Of a stretch of DNA of 64,000 bases, positions 55,379 through 64,000 are shown piece by piece; the first letter of the stretch is position 1, and every line of letters starts with the position of its first letter. The position numbers were made by a program, and so were the translations under genes. The DNA is from Patescibacteria group bacterium (GTDB lineage Bacteria; Patescibacteriota; UBA1384; XYA2-FULL-43-10; 1-14-0-10-43-13): NCBI GenBank assembly GCA_041649155.1, contig JBAZNP010000001.1, positions 366,564 through 430,563 of the forward strand, given 5' to 3'. The notes under the pieces are model-generated. The model ran no database searches. It was not told where the DNA came from and saw nothing but the letters and a program-made list of their open reading frames with translations.

Positions 55379-55533
55379 ATATCTGTTTAACAATTCCAGG
55401 GAAAATTTTATCAATAAATGAGGGCATTGCTACCATTCAGAATGCCCGGGAAAAAGCCCAGATAGACCTAGGGCTGGTTTTTGGCGCCAAAGTTGGGGAT
55501 TGGGTACTATATGCTACAAATCGGGCCGTAAAA

Positions 55534-56751
55534 TTGATTTCCGAGGATGATGCCAAAGAAATTATCTCGTTGCTCGAAGACAACTATTCTCCTGTGGATA
55601 TTAGCCGTTTACCGCTACAATTTAAGAAAATCATATTCAAGGTGCGAAGCGGAAATTCCGACCTGACGAAAGAGGATGTTGAATATCTTTTAAATCTTAA
55701 GGGAAAGAATAATTTGGAAACTCTTTTTGCAGAAGCTAACACTTTGCGCAAAGATCAGATTGATGATTTTGTTTGCATTCATGGCATAATAGAATTCTCA
55801 AATTATTGTTGCAATAATTGCCTTTACTGTGGCATCCGGAAGGATAATAAAAACATACGACGTTATCGTATAAATTCAAAAGAGCTTGAAAATATTGCAG
55901 AAGAGGCAGTGGAGAAAGAAGGATATAAATTGCTGGTTTTGCAGAGCGGTGAAGACATAAATTATTCTGACGACGAGCTCATAGAATTGATAAAAAACAT
56001 CAAAAAAAGAGCAAAAGTGTTTATCTTTCTATCGGTGGGCAACAGAAGCAGGGAATTTTATAAAAATGCCTTTAGGGCCGGTGCAACAGGCACGCTTTTC
56101 CGTTTTGAAACGTCAAATGAAGAATTGTATAAAAAAATGCATCCCGGGGATAGTTTAGATAGCAGATTGCAGTTGCTAAGATATCAGCAAGAGCTCGGCT
56201 ATTACATAGCTTCCGGCAGTCTGGTAGGACTTCCAGGTCAATCGATTTATGACATTGCGGATGATTTATTGCTGACTAAAAAATTGAGCATCCCGATGAT
56301 TTCGAGCGGACCATACGTCGAGGCGGAGAACACGCCTCTCCAAATTTCTAATTCCAAATTTCTAATTCCTGCCTCGCCGGAAGGCGGGTCTAATAAAAAT
56401 CCAAATGAGCAAATGACAAATAAAAAACTGGGAACTGATGAAAAGCTTCAGCTTTTCTTAAAATATATTGCGGTGGCGAGATTTTTGATGCCGGAGGTAA
56501 AAATTCCGGTCACGACTGCTCTTGAAACACTTGATCCGGAAAGTGGCCGGCATAAGGGGCTTTTGGCCGGTGCAAATGCTCTTATGTTTAATCTTACACC
56601 TGAAGAATATGCCGGAAAATATTCGATATACGATAACAAATATCGTGAACGTGAAAAAGTCTGGCAGAAGTATGGGTTATTCAAAGGAGAGGAAAGTTAT
56701 GAGATGCTGGAAGAAAGATTGATGATCGATATAAAAGATGATAATTTTTAA
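55534..56751 (+). CDS. Radical SAM protein (BioB/HydE/PylB-like). The N-terminal boundary is uncertain: the frame may start upstream
   Basis: CNNCLYC = CxxxCxxC cluster motif. Confidence 0.65.
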   Translation: MISEDDAKEIISLLEDNYSPVDISRLPLQFKKIIFKVRSGNSDLTKEDVEYLLNLKGKNNLETLFAEANTLRKDQIDDFVCIHGIIEFSNYCCNNCLYCGIRKDNKNIRRYRINSKELENIAEEAVEKEGYKLLVLQSGEDINYSDDELIELIKNIKKRAKVFIFLSVGNRSREFYKNAFRAGATGTLFRFETSNEELYKKMHPGDSLDSRLQLLRYQQELGYYIASGSLVGLPGQSIYDIADDLLLTKKLSIPMISSGPYVEAENTPLQISNSKFLIPASPEGGSNKNPNEQMTNKKLGTDEKLQLFLKYIAVARFLMPEVKIPVTTALETLDPESGRHKGLLAGANALMFNLTPEEYAGKYSIYDNKYREREKVWQKYGLFKGEESYEMLEERLMIDIKDDNF

Positions 56752-56773
56752 AAAAATAAAATGAAGGAGCAAG

Positions 56774-57280
56774 ATGGATAAAAGTATTTTAATTATTATC
56801 TCAAATTACGATTTTAATGAAATCGAATATTCAGTGCCAAAGAATATCTTTGAAGAAAATAATATCCACGTACAAGTTGCTTCACTGGATGGCGGCAAGT
56901 GTTTTGGTTTTAAGGGTTTAGTGGTTGAAGCGGATTTAAGCATAATGGAGGTGGATGCTTTCGATTTTGATGCAGTAGTTTTCGTCGGAGGCAGTGGAGT
57001 CGAATTATATTTTGATAATATCAAAACTTTGGATTTAGTCAGAGAATTTTATGGAGTTGGAAAATTGACCTGCGCAATTTGCTGGGCGCCTGTTGTTTTG
57101 GCTAAAGCGGGAATACTTTTGGGCAAAAGGGCAACTGTGTGGAGCGGAGGCGTGAAGGATCTAAATGAAGCGGGGGCGATTTTTACGGATGAGGCTGTGA
57201 CTGTTGATGGGAATATTATTACAGCCAGCGGTCCGGCTGCTGCCGCTGAGTTTGCTAAAAAAGTCGTAGAGATGGTATAA
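56774..57280 (+). CDS. DJ-1/PfpI family protein
   Basis: Nucleophile elbow ...LTCAICWAPVVLAKAG... Confidence 0.75.
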   Translation: MDKSILIIISNYDFNEIEYSVPKNIFEENNIHVQVASLDGGKCFGFKGLVVEADLSIMEVDAFDFDAVVFVGGSGVELYFDNIKTLDLVREFYGVGKLTCAICWAPVVLAKAGILLGKRATVWSGGVKDLNEAGAIFTDEAVTVDGNIITASGPAAAAEFAKKVVEMV

Positions 57281-57358
57281 AATTTTAATCACATAATCTA
57301 ACAACGGAAAATTTAGGTTTTCCAGCCTTTTTCTCGAACTTGATTCAATCTCACTCTA

Positions 57359-57393
57359 CCATGAAAAGTGCACCACTTGCGTGATGCACTTTT
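57359..57393 (-). terminator. Long perfect hairpin (catgaaaagtgca-9 nt-tgcacttttcatg) immediately 3' of tRNA-Glu
   Basis: 13-bp stem. No clear T-run. Confidence 0.35.
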
Positions 57394-57395
57394 CA

Positions 57396-57470
57396 TGGTA
57401 GCGCCAAGGGGAATCGAACCCCTGTTACCGCCGTGAGAGGGCGGCGTACTAGCCTCTATACGATGGCGCC
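57396..57470 (-). tRNA. tRNA-Glu (anticodon CTC), CCA encoded
   Basis: Reverse complement ggcgcca.../tggcgct acceptor; loop ctCTCac. Confidence 0.75.
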
Positions 57471-57602
57471 ATATAAACTTTTAAAATTATAACAAAAAAA
57501 TAGATGAGAAGCAATCAGGATTGATATTAGAAAACAGAAACGCCGGAGAATTATTTATCTCCGGCGTGGGGAACCAAACTGAATTGTGGTTTGGCTCTAA
57601 TG

Positions 57603-57929
57603 TTATTGTTGTGCGATGCTACCTAGCAGGCTACTTTGTTCAAGACGACGTTTTGCTTTTTGAATTCCCGAGTAAGAAAAATCAAATCCTTCGATGCGCG
57701 CTCCTAGCGGAATGAGCTTGTCTGCCTCTTTTCTCGGTCCTACGACTAAATGTTGCTTTCCTGCAATGTTATAGTGTATCACCGCTATCTCTTGTGTCTG
57801 CGTGCATGCTACTTTTTTGTTGCTCACCTTGGTCACCCTCCCAGCTTCCATGCTTGGAAGCAGAATCACGAGACAAACACTTGGGTGTTGCTGCACTTGT
57901 CTCGTCATTTCTGCCTGCAGTATTCTCAC
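57603..57929 (-). CDS. Hypothetical small protein in a GC-atypical segment beside tRNA-Glu (low confidence; could be non-coding)
   Basis: 108-aa ORF. Local GC clearly above background. Several hairpins in the region. Confidence 0.25.
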   Translation of the reverse strand: MRILQAEMTRQVQQHPSVCLVILLPSMEAGRVTKVSNKKVACTQTQEIAVIHYNIAGKQHLVVGPRKEADKLIPLGARIEGFDFSYSGIQKAKRRLEQSSLLGSIAQQ

Positions 57930-58096
57930 AAACTCAAGTAAATTTATCGTATAAGTGATAAAAAGTCAATAGTGCGAGCTGCGAACAGGCGGTTTAGTTG
58001 TATTATAAAAAAATATGATATAATAAACTAAATGAATGGATCCTGATTGGCCGACTTCGTTGGCTTGGGATGACATAAACATCGAGGATGATTTCT

Positions 58097-59233
58097 ATGA
58101 AAGCGAGGGGATCGGCAATAATTATTGCAATGCTTTTAATTACCGCTGTTGGTGGTATTGCTTTTGGCATTAGCAGAGTTTTATTTATTGAGTTCGCCTC
58201 AGCATCGTACTATGTGAATGGGTCGGTGGCATATTATGCTGCAGAATCAGGTATGGAAGAAGGTTTTCTCCGGTATCGCTATAGTAAAAATGCCGAAGTA
58301 CCTTTTGATAGCTGGACTTTGGGAGATGATAGCGTTTATCGCAGTAATTTGAGCGATAGCGCATCAAGCAATGCTTCTGCCGGAATTGCCCCTGCCACTG
58401 CAATATCGGATTTAAACAAACAATATTATGATTTGCGGATGGGGTACTTAGGAACATTCGGCGGGCCTTTTTATGGACATAATGCATCTTCTAATGTTGG
58501 CGACACCGGTGTTTTCAATTCTGCTGACCTATTTGCTTCTAATTATGGGACAGGGGATTATGATTTTGCAGAAATTAAACAAGATAATTCAGAAAAATTC
58601 GATCTAACAAATATCGATTTTCTCAGTCAAAATCTCATGCTCTTTTTGCAGTTTCAAAATATTGATACTAATAATTTAGATAGAACATCGGAATGCCAAG
58701 CAACAGCAGAGGTTAAATTTGTAGTTAAAGACGCAGTGGGAATTGTAAACGAGTATAAGGGTTTGACTAGTTTTAAACCGGAGACCTGTGCAGGTGCAAG
58801 CTACTTAAACACATCAAAAAGCAATCTTATTGCCGCCGACAGTGGATTTAGCGCCGGCGGTTATGTTAGTTCGGGCGGCTACTCATCTGGGCAGTCAAAT
58901 GCAGATTATTATTATTTATTGGGTAATATTTTTAATGATATGTTGCTTAGGGCGGGTAAGTCTCCCGAGTCAAACTACCAAAATGTTACAATGTATGTAA
59001 AGCCTCTTTTCCATGATGTAAAAATTGCTTTTGTCAGCGACCATTGCAACACTATTAATAGTCCTTGTAAAAATTTGACCAATAGTAGTAAATACATTGT
59101 CGCTGGTCCATTTACAACCATCAGCGCTACTGGTTATTATGGCGGAACATCGAGAAAACTTGAAGCAAATATTGACCGCCAATCAGGAACATTATATGAT
59201 TTATTTGACTACGTTATTTATAAAAATAGTTAG
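58097..59233 (+). CDS. Type IV pilus minor pilin/assembly protein with PilX-N-like N-terminus (MKARGSAIIIAMLLITAVGGIAFGI)
   Basis: N-terminal motif. SD GAGGA 8 nt upstream of ATG 58097. Confidence 0.5.
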   Translation: MKARGSAIIIAMLLITAVGGIAFGISRVLFIEFASASYYVNGSVAYYAAESGMEEGFLRYRYSKNAEVPFDSWTLGDDSVYRSNLSDSASSNASAGIAPATAISDLNKQYYDLRMGYLGTFGGPFYGHNASSNVGDTGVFNSADLFASNYGTGDYDFAEIKQDNSEKFDLTNIDFLSQNLMLFLQFQNIDTNNLDRTSECQATAEVKFVVKDAVGIVNEYKGLTSFKPETCAGASYLNTSKSNLIAADSGFSAGGYVSSGGYSSGQSNADYYYLLGNIFNDMLLRAGKSPESNYQNVTMYVKPLFHDVKIAFVSDHCNTINSPCKNLTNSSKYIVAGPFTTISATGYYGGTSRKLEANIDRQSGTLYDLFDYVIYKNS

Positions 59234-59242
59234 GAGGACCAT

Positions 59243-59629
59243 ATGAGCAAAGACGCTAGAATCCTGATAGTTGATGACGACATGACTCTAAGAGAACTTT
59301 ATGAAGAGAGAATGAAACAAGAAGGCTATGTTATATTGTCAGCTTCGGACGGAGAAGAGGCAATTGAAAAAGCCGTTAAAGAAAAACCTGATTTGATTCT
59401 TCTTGATATTATGATGCCGAAGATTAATGGTATTGATGTAATGAAGATGCTTCGGGAAAAAGAGGAAACATCTAAAATTCCGATTATTGTTTTAACTGCT
59501 TTGGTCCAGGAAATCAGCAAAGTAAAAGATATGATGAAACCAGGCGACGGATATTTAATCAAAAGTGAAATTATGCCCAAGGATGTTGTCGCTAAGACTG
59601 AAGAATCACTGGCTAAAGTGAGCAAGTAA
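59243..59629 (+). CDS. Single-domain response regulator (CheY/PilH-like receiver)
   Basis: DD...D phosphoacceptor pocket (LIVDDDMTLRE...LILLDIMMP...K). Confidence 0.8.
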   Translation: MSKDARILIVDDDMTLRELYEERMKQEGYVILSASDGEEAIEKAVKEKPDLILLDIMMPKINGIDVMKMLREKEETSKIPIIVLTALVQEISKVKDMMKPGDGYLIKSEIMPKDVVAKTEESLAKVSK

Positions 59630-59751
59630 GCATGTAAGCGGATAAGCCGGTAAGTTTTATTGAATATTCTCAAATAAAAATCCCTGAACTATTCGGGGAT
59701 TTTTAAATCTTTGAAAACCTTCCACTTTCTACTCTCTACCTTCTACTGAAA

Positions 59752-60003
59752 CTACTTATATGGTGCGAAAGGGTTTTCTCTGCCAAAACCTGACTCAAGA
59801 GAGAAGTTCGAATCGTAGATCGATGGCTTGGCTATTGCCTCAAAGGCCTTTTTGTCTATTCCGGTGTCTTCCTTTTTGCTGCTCTGGCTTGTCTGGCTTG
59901 AAGAGATGTTGTTGAGTACGAATTTGGTGGAAAATAGACCTATCGCGGCAATCAAGATTATGAAAGCAAAAACACCTAAATTGTCTTTAAGCTTATTTTC
60001 CAT
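59752..60003 (-). CDS. Small membrane protein in the pilus operon (unknown; PilP-position)
   Basis: 83 aa, one TM. Confidence 0.35.
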   Translation of the reverse strand: MENKLKDNLGVFAFIILIAAIGLFSTKFVLNNISSSQTSQSSKKEDTGIDKKAFEAIAKPSIYDSNFSLESGFGRENPFAPYK

Positions 60004-60541
60004 AATAAATTTTTCCTGTTAATCTCATGTTTATAGTGCCTTCTTCTGTTCCGTTCAAATCTATTGAAGAGATGGAATTAAAGCGGGCGAGTGTCTCCAT
60101 ACCTTTGATGAAATTTAATAACGATGAATAAGATGTTCGCGTGTTAAAAGTGAATTGTGATCCGTTTGGAGAACTATTTTTCTTAGTGCTCGATGTTTGT
60201 GCATTTTTAATTTCGTTTATCGATATATTGTCCAATACTAAACTATTACTTTTTGCCAAATCCTCAGTCTGGACAATGAACTGACTAATATCGGAATTAT
60301 CCGGCCAATAATTGTTAACAATTTTCTCAGTTGATTTAAGGTCATCGGGATTTTTGCTGATTTTTTGTAAATAGTCCAACTTGTCATAAATTTGATTTAG
60401 TTCGGTTCGGCTGGAGGTAATTTTTTTATTATTTTGTTTTAAGCCATCGATAGAAGGTTTGAGCGCAAAAATAGTTATGGCAACAAAAATAGCCAAATAG
60501 ATGCTTACTGTTATAATAGTTTTTTTCCAGATAGAAGGCAT
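59993..60541 (-). CDS. pilO: Type IV pilus assembly protein PilO-like
   Basis: N-terminal TM, coiled coil, position after pilN. Confidence 0.55.
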   Translation of the reverse strand: MPSIWKKTIITVSIYLAIFVAITIFALKPSIDGLKQNNKKITSSRTELNQIYDKLDYLQKISKNPDDLKSTEKIVNNYWPDNSDISQFIVQTEDLAKSNSLVLDNISINEIKNAQTSSTKKNSSPNGSQFTFNTRTSYSSLLNFIKGMETLARFNSISSIDLNGTEEGTINMRLTGKIYYGK

Positions 60542-61108
60542 TTACTTAATTTCTCCGATTTCAGATGAAATACTAAAACTAAAATTACTTTGTTCTTCGT
60601 CGCGGGTTGAAGAGGAAAATGTAACGTTTTTAAAATATTTCGAACTGCTCATTTTTTCTTTAAATCTGGCAATATCATTTCTCGTTTCTGCATATCCGGT
60701 TAAGCCGATTTTTTTATTTTGCTGATCTAAAGTCATGGTTTTTATTTGAACCTGCGAAGGAGTTAGTTTGGATAGTTCGGTGATAATATTGCTCCACAAG
60801 ATCCTGTTAGAACCAACTGATTCAATTTTACTTAGCTTTGAATTGACAGCCTTTATGCCTTCATCGGTTTCTTTATATCGTAATAAAACATTGTTCTGTT
60901 CGGAAATTTTGCTGCTAAACTTATCAATATCTTTTTTTGTTTCGTAATTTGCCACCCACAAACTTGTCGTTACTATTAAAAGAATAATAAAGACAGTAGC
61001 CAGGAAAATTGAAATCACTTTAGCGATTTTTTTAACTTTTTTCTCCTGTTTGAATTTTGGTGGAAGAAGATTGATAGCCACATTTACTCCGAGTAGTAAG
61101 CAAGACAT
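60542..61108 (-). CDS. pilN: Type IV pilus assembly protein PilN
   Basis: INLLPPKFKQEKKVKK motif, single TM. Confidence 0.7.
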   Translation of the reverse strand: MSCLLLGVNVAINLLPPKFKQEKKVKKIAKVISIFLATVFIILLIVTTSLWVANYETKKDIDKFSSKISEQNNVLLRYKETDEGIKAVNSKLSKIESVGSNRILWSNIITELSKLTPSQVQIKTMTLDQQNKKIGLTGYAETRNDIARFKEKMSSSKYFKNVTFSSSTRDEEQSNFSFSISSEIGEIK

Positions 61109-61161
61109 TTTTTTGGACTTGCTACTTACAACTTATTTACTTACAACTGACAACTTGTTAA

Positions 61162-62166
61162 TTATTCGTATTCATTTCTTAAAGCTAAACCAAAAGCGGT
61201 GATGAAGTCTGTGCCTAAGCTTTCTCTTCCTTTTATATTTGGCTTCACGATTTCTGCCGCGATTTTTGTCTCTTTAGCGATATATTTATCAATGCCCGAT
61301 ATTTTTGCTCCAGAACCACAGAGAAGTATTTTTTTAACAGGCTTTGGTTTGTAATCTCTGTTTTGGTGATACTTGATTGCGTTAATGATTTCATCTGAGA
61401 TATTCAAAAGCGTTCTGGAAAGGTCTGGAAATTCACTTTCTTTTATGATGGTTTTATCAGTTGTTTCACTGTGTCCGATTGCCTGTAAATTTTCTATAAT
61501 TTGATTTTTGCCTATTGCAACTGTTGTGGTGAGTCTAACGCTGTTGCTGTCCCAGATCGATATGCGAGAGATCTCAGTTCCAATTTCCACTATTAGCGAT
61601 CCGTCAAGCGAAACAGAATTGCTAATTGCTCTTCCCACTGCAATCGGTTTTGTCTCCAGGGCTGCAAGTTCAAACCCTGCTAATTTTGTCATTTCCACAT
61701 AGTCGTCAACTAGCTTGCGGGGGGACGCCACAATTAAGATATCTGCCATGGCATCTTCTGGATGAGTTATTAAGACCTGATGGTCAATATAAACATCCTC
61801 TATCGGGATTGGTAAAAATTGTGCTGCTTCTATCAGGATAGCTTTTTCATACTCGCTCTCGGTCATTTTTGGCATTTGAATAGTCTTAGAAAAGACAAAT
61901 GTTTCCGGTAGAGCCGACACTATTTTTTTTGCTTTAATTGCCGAAGGAAGAGCTTTCTTGCAAGCATTTTTTATTAAACTGGCTGTAGTTGCCTTGTTTT
62001 TAAAGGTATCTTTTTCCAGTATTCGTTCTGTTAGCGGAACCTCGACCGATCCAATTAAAAATATTCCGCTCCTTTTTCTTTTGAGCTCCACAAGCTTTAG
62101 GGTCTCGTATCCGATGTCGAGACCGAATACGGAATCATCTTTAAATGTTGATAGAAAATCGAGCAT
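61162..62166 (-). CDS. pilM: Type IV pilus assembly protein PilM (actin-like ATPase fold)
   Basis: N-terminus ...FGLDIGYETLKLVEL...; 334 aa; synteny. Confidence 0.75.
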   Translation of the reverse strand: MLDFLSTFKDDSVFGLDIGYETLKLVELKRKRSGIFLIGSVEVPLTERILEKDTFKNKATTASLIKNACKKALPSAIKAKKIVSALPETFVFSKTIQMPKMTESEYEKAILIEAAQFLPIPIEDVYIDHQVLITHPEDAMADILIVASPRKLVDDYVEMTKLAGFELAALETKPIAVGRAISNSVSLDGSLIVEIGTEISRISIWDSNSVRLTTTVAIGKNQIIENLQAIGHSETTDKTIIKESEFPDLSRTLLNISDEIINAIKYHQNRDYKPKPVKKILLCGSGAKISGIDKYIAKETKIAAEIVKPNIKGRESLGTDFITAFGLALRNEYE

Positions 62167-62260
62167 AATATATTTTTAATAATTTCTTAATCTTTTATTT
62201 ATTTTACCAAATTTTGCATAAGGGTGACCAATTAAATCATAAGACGTTCGAGGTAAATGC

Positions 62261-63469
62261 TTAAATAGCATTTACTAGACCATAGATTGGCTGCAGAACA
62301 GAAACTATGATGACGCCAATGCCGGCACCCATAACTACCATTAAAATTGGTTCGAGCATCGTCGAGAGATTTGCTGTTGCTGAATCAATGTCTCTGTCGA
62401 AAAAGTCAGCCAAGGTATCAAAAACTTCATCCACATTGCCGGATTTTTCACCAACTGATGAAAGCTGTCCGATCATTTTAGGCATGAGCATGCTGGCTTT
62501 AAGGGTAGAAGAAATTGAATGGCCGGATTTGATTTGTTCTGCCATTGCGGCTATTTCTTTTTGATAAATTACATTGCCTACAACTTTGCTTGAAACTTCA
62601 AAAACTTCTACCAATGGAAGGCCAGAAGCTGTGAGGGAAGCGAAAGTTCTGGTGAATCTGGAAACATAGGTTTTTTTGAGAAGAGGACCAATAACTGGAA
62701 TCTTGATTTTTATCTTGTCAATTGTAAGTTTGCCTGAAGGGGTTTTATTGAATTGAATAATAGAGATGATTATAGCGATTACTACAGCAAGAATGTACAA
62801 ACCATAATTTTTTAATATAAAACTAAGTTTTATTATTGTTCTGGTTAATATTGGTAGGGCAACTCCAGCATCATCAAAAATTAATTTCAATTGGGGAATT
62901 ATGATGATCATTACGAGAGCCAAAACTCCAACTAAAGCAACAAGTACGAAAGCGGGATATGCCAGTGCGCCTTTAATTTTGCGGTTAAGTTCGTAATCTT
63001 TTTGCATTTGAACTGAAAGACGGTTTAATACGATCTCAATCTTACCTGATTCTTCTCCTGACTTAACCATGTTGACATAAATGTCATTAAAAATATCAGG
63101 ATGCTTGGCAAGAGCTTTTGAAAAGGGCGCGCCGCCCTTAGTATCAAACATAACCTTACTGATTTCTGATTCAAAATAACTATTAGTTGTTTCTTCTTTC
63201 AGTGATTCGAGAGCGTCAATAATGGATAAGCCTGATTTCAACATTATACCGAGTTGCTGGGTGAATATAATTTTATCTTTTAGCTGAACCTTCTTTTTGA
63301 AAGGAATTTTAAAAGGAAGAGAGAATCCTTCTCCTGACTTAGTTTTAATTTCTGTTACAAAAAGACCCCTTTCTCTTAACGACAGGGAAGCGGATGATGA
63401 TTTCTCGGCCTCAATGACGCCTTTAGAAATATTTCCTTTTGTGTCCTTTGCTTTGTATGTGAATTGCAT
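62261..63469 (-). CDS. pilC: Type IV pilus platform protein PilC (GspF family)
   Basis: Two T2SSF-like repeats, 3 TM, 402 aa. Confidence 0.8.
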   Translation of the reverse strand: MQFTYKAKDTKGNISKGVIEAEKSSSASLSLRERGLFVTEIKTKSGEGFSLPFKIPFKKKVQLKDKIIFTQQLGIMLKSGLSIIDALESLKEETTNSYFESEISKVMFDTKGGAPFSKALAKHPDIFNDIYVNMVKSGEESGKIEIVLNRLSVQMQKDYELNRKIKGALAYPAFVLVALVGVLALVMIIIIPQLKLIFDDAGVALPILTRTIIKLSFILKNYGLYILAVVIAIIISIIQFNKTPSGKLTIDKIKIKIPVIGPLLKKTYVSRFTRTFASLTASGLPLVEVFEVSSKVVGNVIYQKEIAAMAEQIKSGHSISSTLKASMLMPKMIGQLSSVGEKSGNVDEVFDTLADFFDRDIDSATANLSTMLEPILMVVMGAGIGVIIVSVLQPIYGLVNAI

Positions 63470-63521
63470 AAAAACAACAGATTACTAATTATACAAATAA
63501 CACTAATATTCAGGGTGCTGG

Positions 63522-64000
63522 CTAGTCTTTTGTCACTCTCCAGACCTCTTCAATTGTTGTTATGCCATCAGCTACTTTAAGTATTCCGTCCTGCAACATT
63601 GTTACCATTCCCGCTTTTACAGCTTGAGCTTGTATTTCTGAAGATGGTTTTTTATTCAGGATCATTTCTTTGATGACTTCATCAATTCCAAGTACTTCAT
63701 ATAGACCGACTCTTCCTTTGTATCCCATATCGCTGCAATTTTTGCATCCTTTACCATGGAAAAATTTTAGTCCCTTGCTTTTAATTTCCGTTTTTTCCTT
63801 TTCTGGCATTTTTTCTATTTCTTCTTCTATTTTCTTTTTTTCAGCTTCTGAGACCTGAATTTCCTCTTTGCAATCAGGGCATATTTTTCGTGCTAGACGT
63901 TGCCCCACCACTACATTTAGAGCGGAAGTCAACAAAAATGGTTCTACACCCATGTCAATTAATCTCGGTGCTGCTCCGGTGGCGTCATTAGTGTGCAAAG
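63522..64000 (-). CDS. pilB: GspE/PilB-family assembly ATPase, C-terminal part only (runs off the window end)
   Basis: ...[22 protein letters not shown]...; C-terminal tetracysteine CPDC...CKNC. Confidence 0.75.
   Translation of the reverse strand, partial: LHTNDATGAAPRLIDMGVEPFLLTSALNVVVGQRLARKICPDCKEEIQVSEAEKKKIEEEIEKMPEKEKTEIKSKGLKFFHGKGCKNCSDMGYKGRVGLYEVLGIDEVIKEMILNKKPSSEIQAQAVKAGMVTMLQDGILKVADGITTIEEVWRVTKD

Overview
This window is AT-rich, compact bacterial chromosome with features typical of Candidate Phyla Radiation / Patescibacteria-like genomes; that taxonomic guess is inference only.

It spans the replication-origin neighbourhood: DUF721 <- recF <- dnaN <- candidate oriC <- dnaA, then rpmH -> GIY-YIG -> rnpA -> yidD -> yidC -> jag. 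The spuriously extended ORF-track start for dnaA is re-called at 13227.

Other contents:
- Six tRNAs: Ser-CGA, Ser-TGA, Ser-GCT, Arg-GCG, Gln-CTG, Glu-CTC.
- Two type IV pilus loci: one with a PilB-like ATPase and a pilin-module paralog array; one with PilX-like, PilO, PilN, PilM, PilC and a partial PilB.
- dnaE, gltX, ndk, rpmA and rplS.
- Oxidative-stress genes (ferritin-like protein, SOD) and a CxxC membrane protein plus a thioredoxin-fold protein.
- An ABC/FtsX transporter, an OmpR-type two-component system and an LTxxQ-motif periplasmic protein.
- A 2492-aa giant surface protein.

Structure the CDS list does not explain:
1. All three tRNA-Ser genes are followed by a hairpin-rich spacer of about 120-150 nt that ends in a direct copy of that tRNA's own T-loop-to-CCA segment. 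Two of the spacers are near-identical and differ by compensatory-looking hairpin changes.
2. An operon of pilin-module paralogs in which two members carry about 300-aa secreted ectodomains.
3. At least three dispersed intergenic hairpin/MITE-like repeat families. They explain several spurious ORF N-terminal extensions, and one flanks a GIY-YIG nuclease inserted between rpmH and rnpA.
4. A conspicuously GC-rich two-gene island at about 43.1-44.1 kb.
5. Four-helix-bundle (IVS-type) genes bracketed by a recurring ACAGATAACAG motif.
6. A giant protein and its small upstream neighbour that share an SxHxxGxAxD metallopeptidase-like signature.
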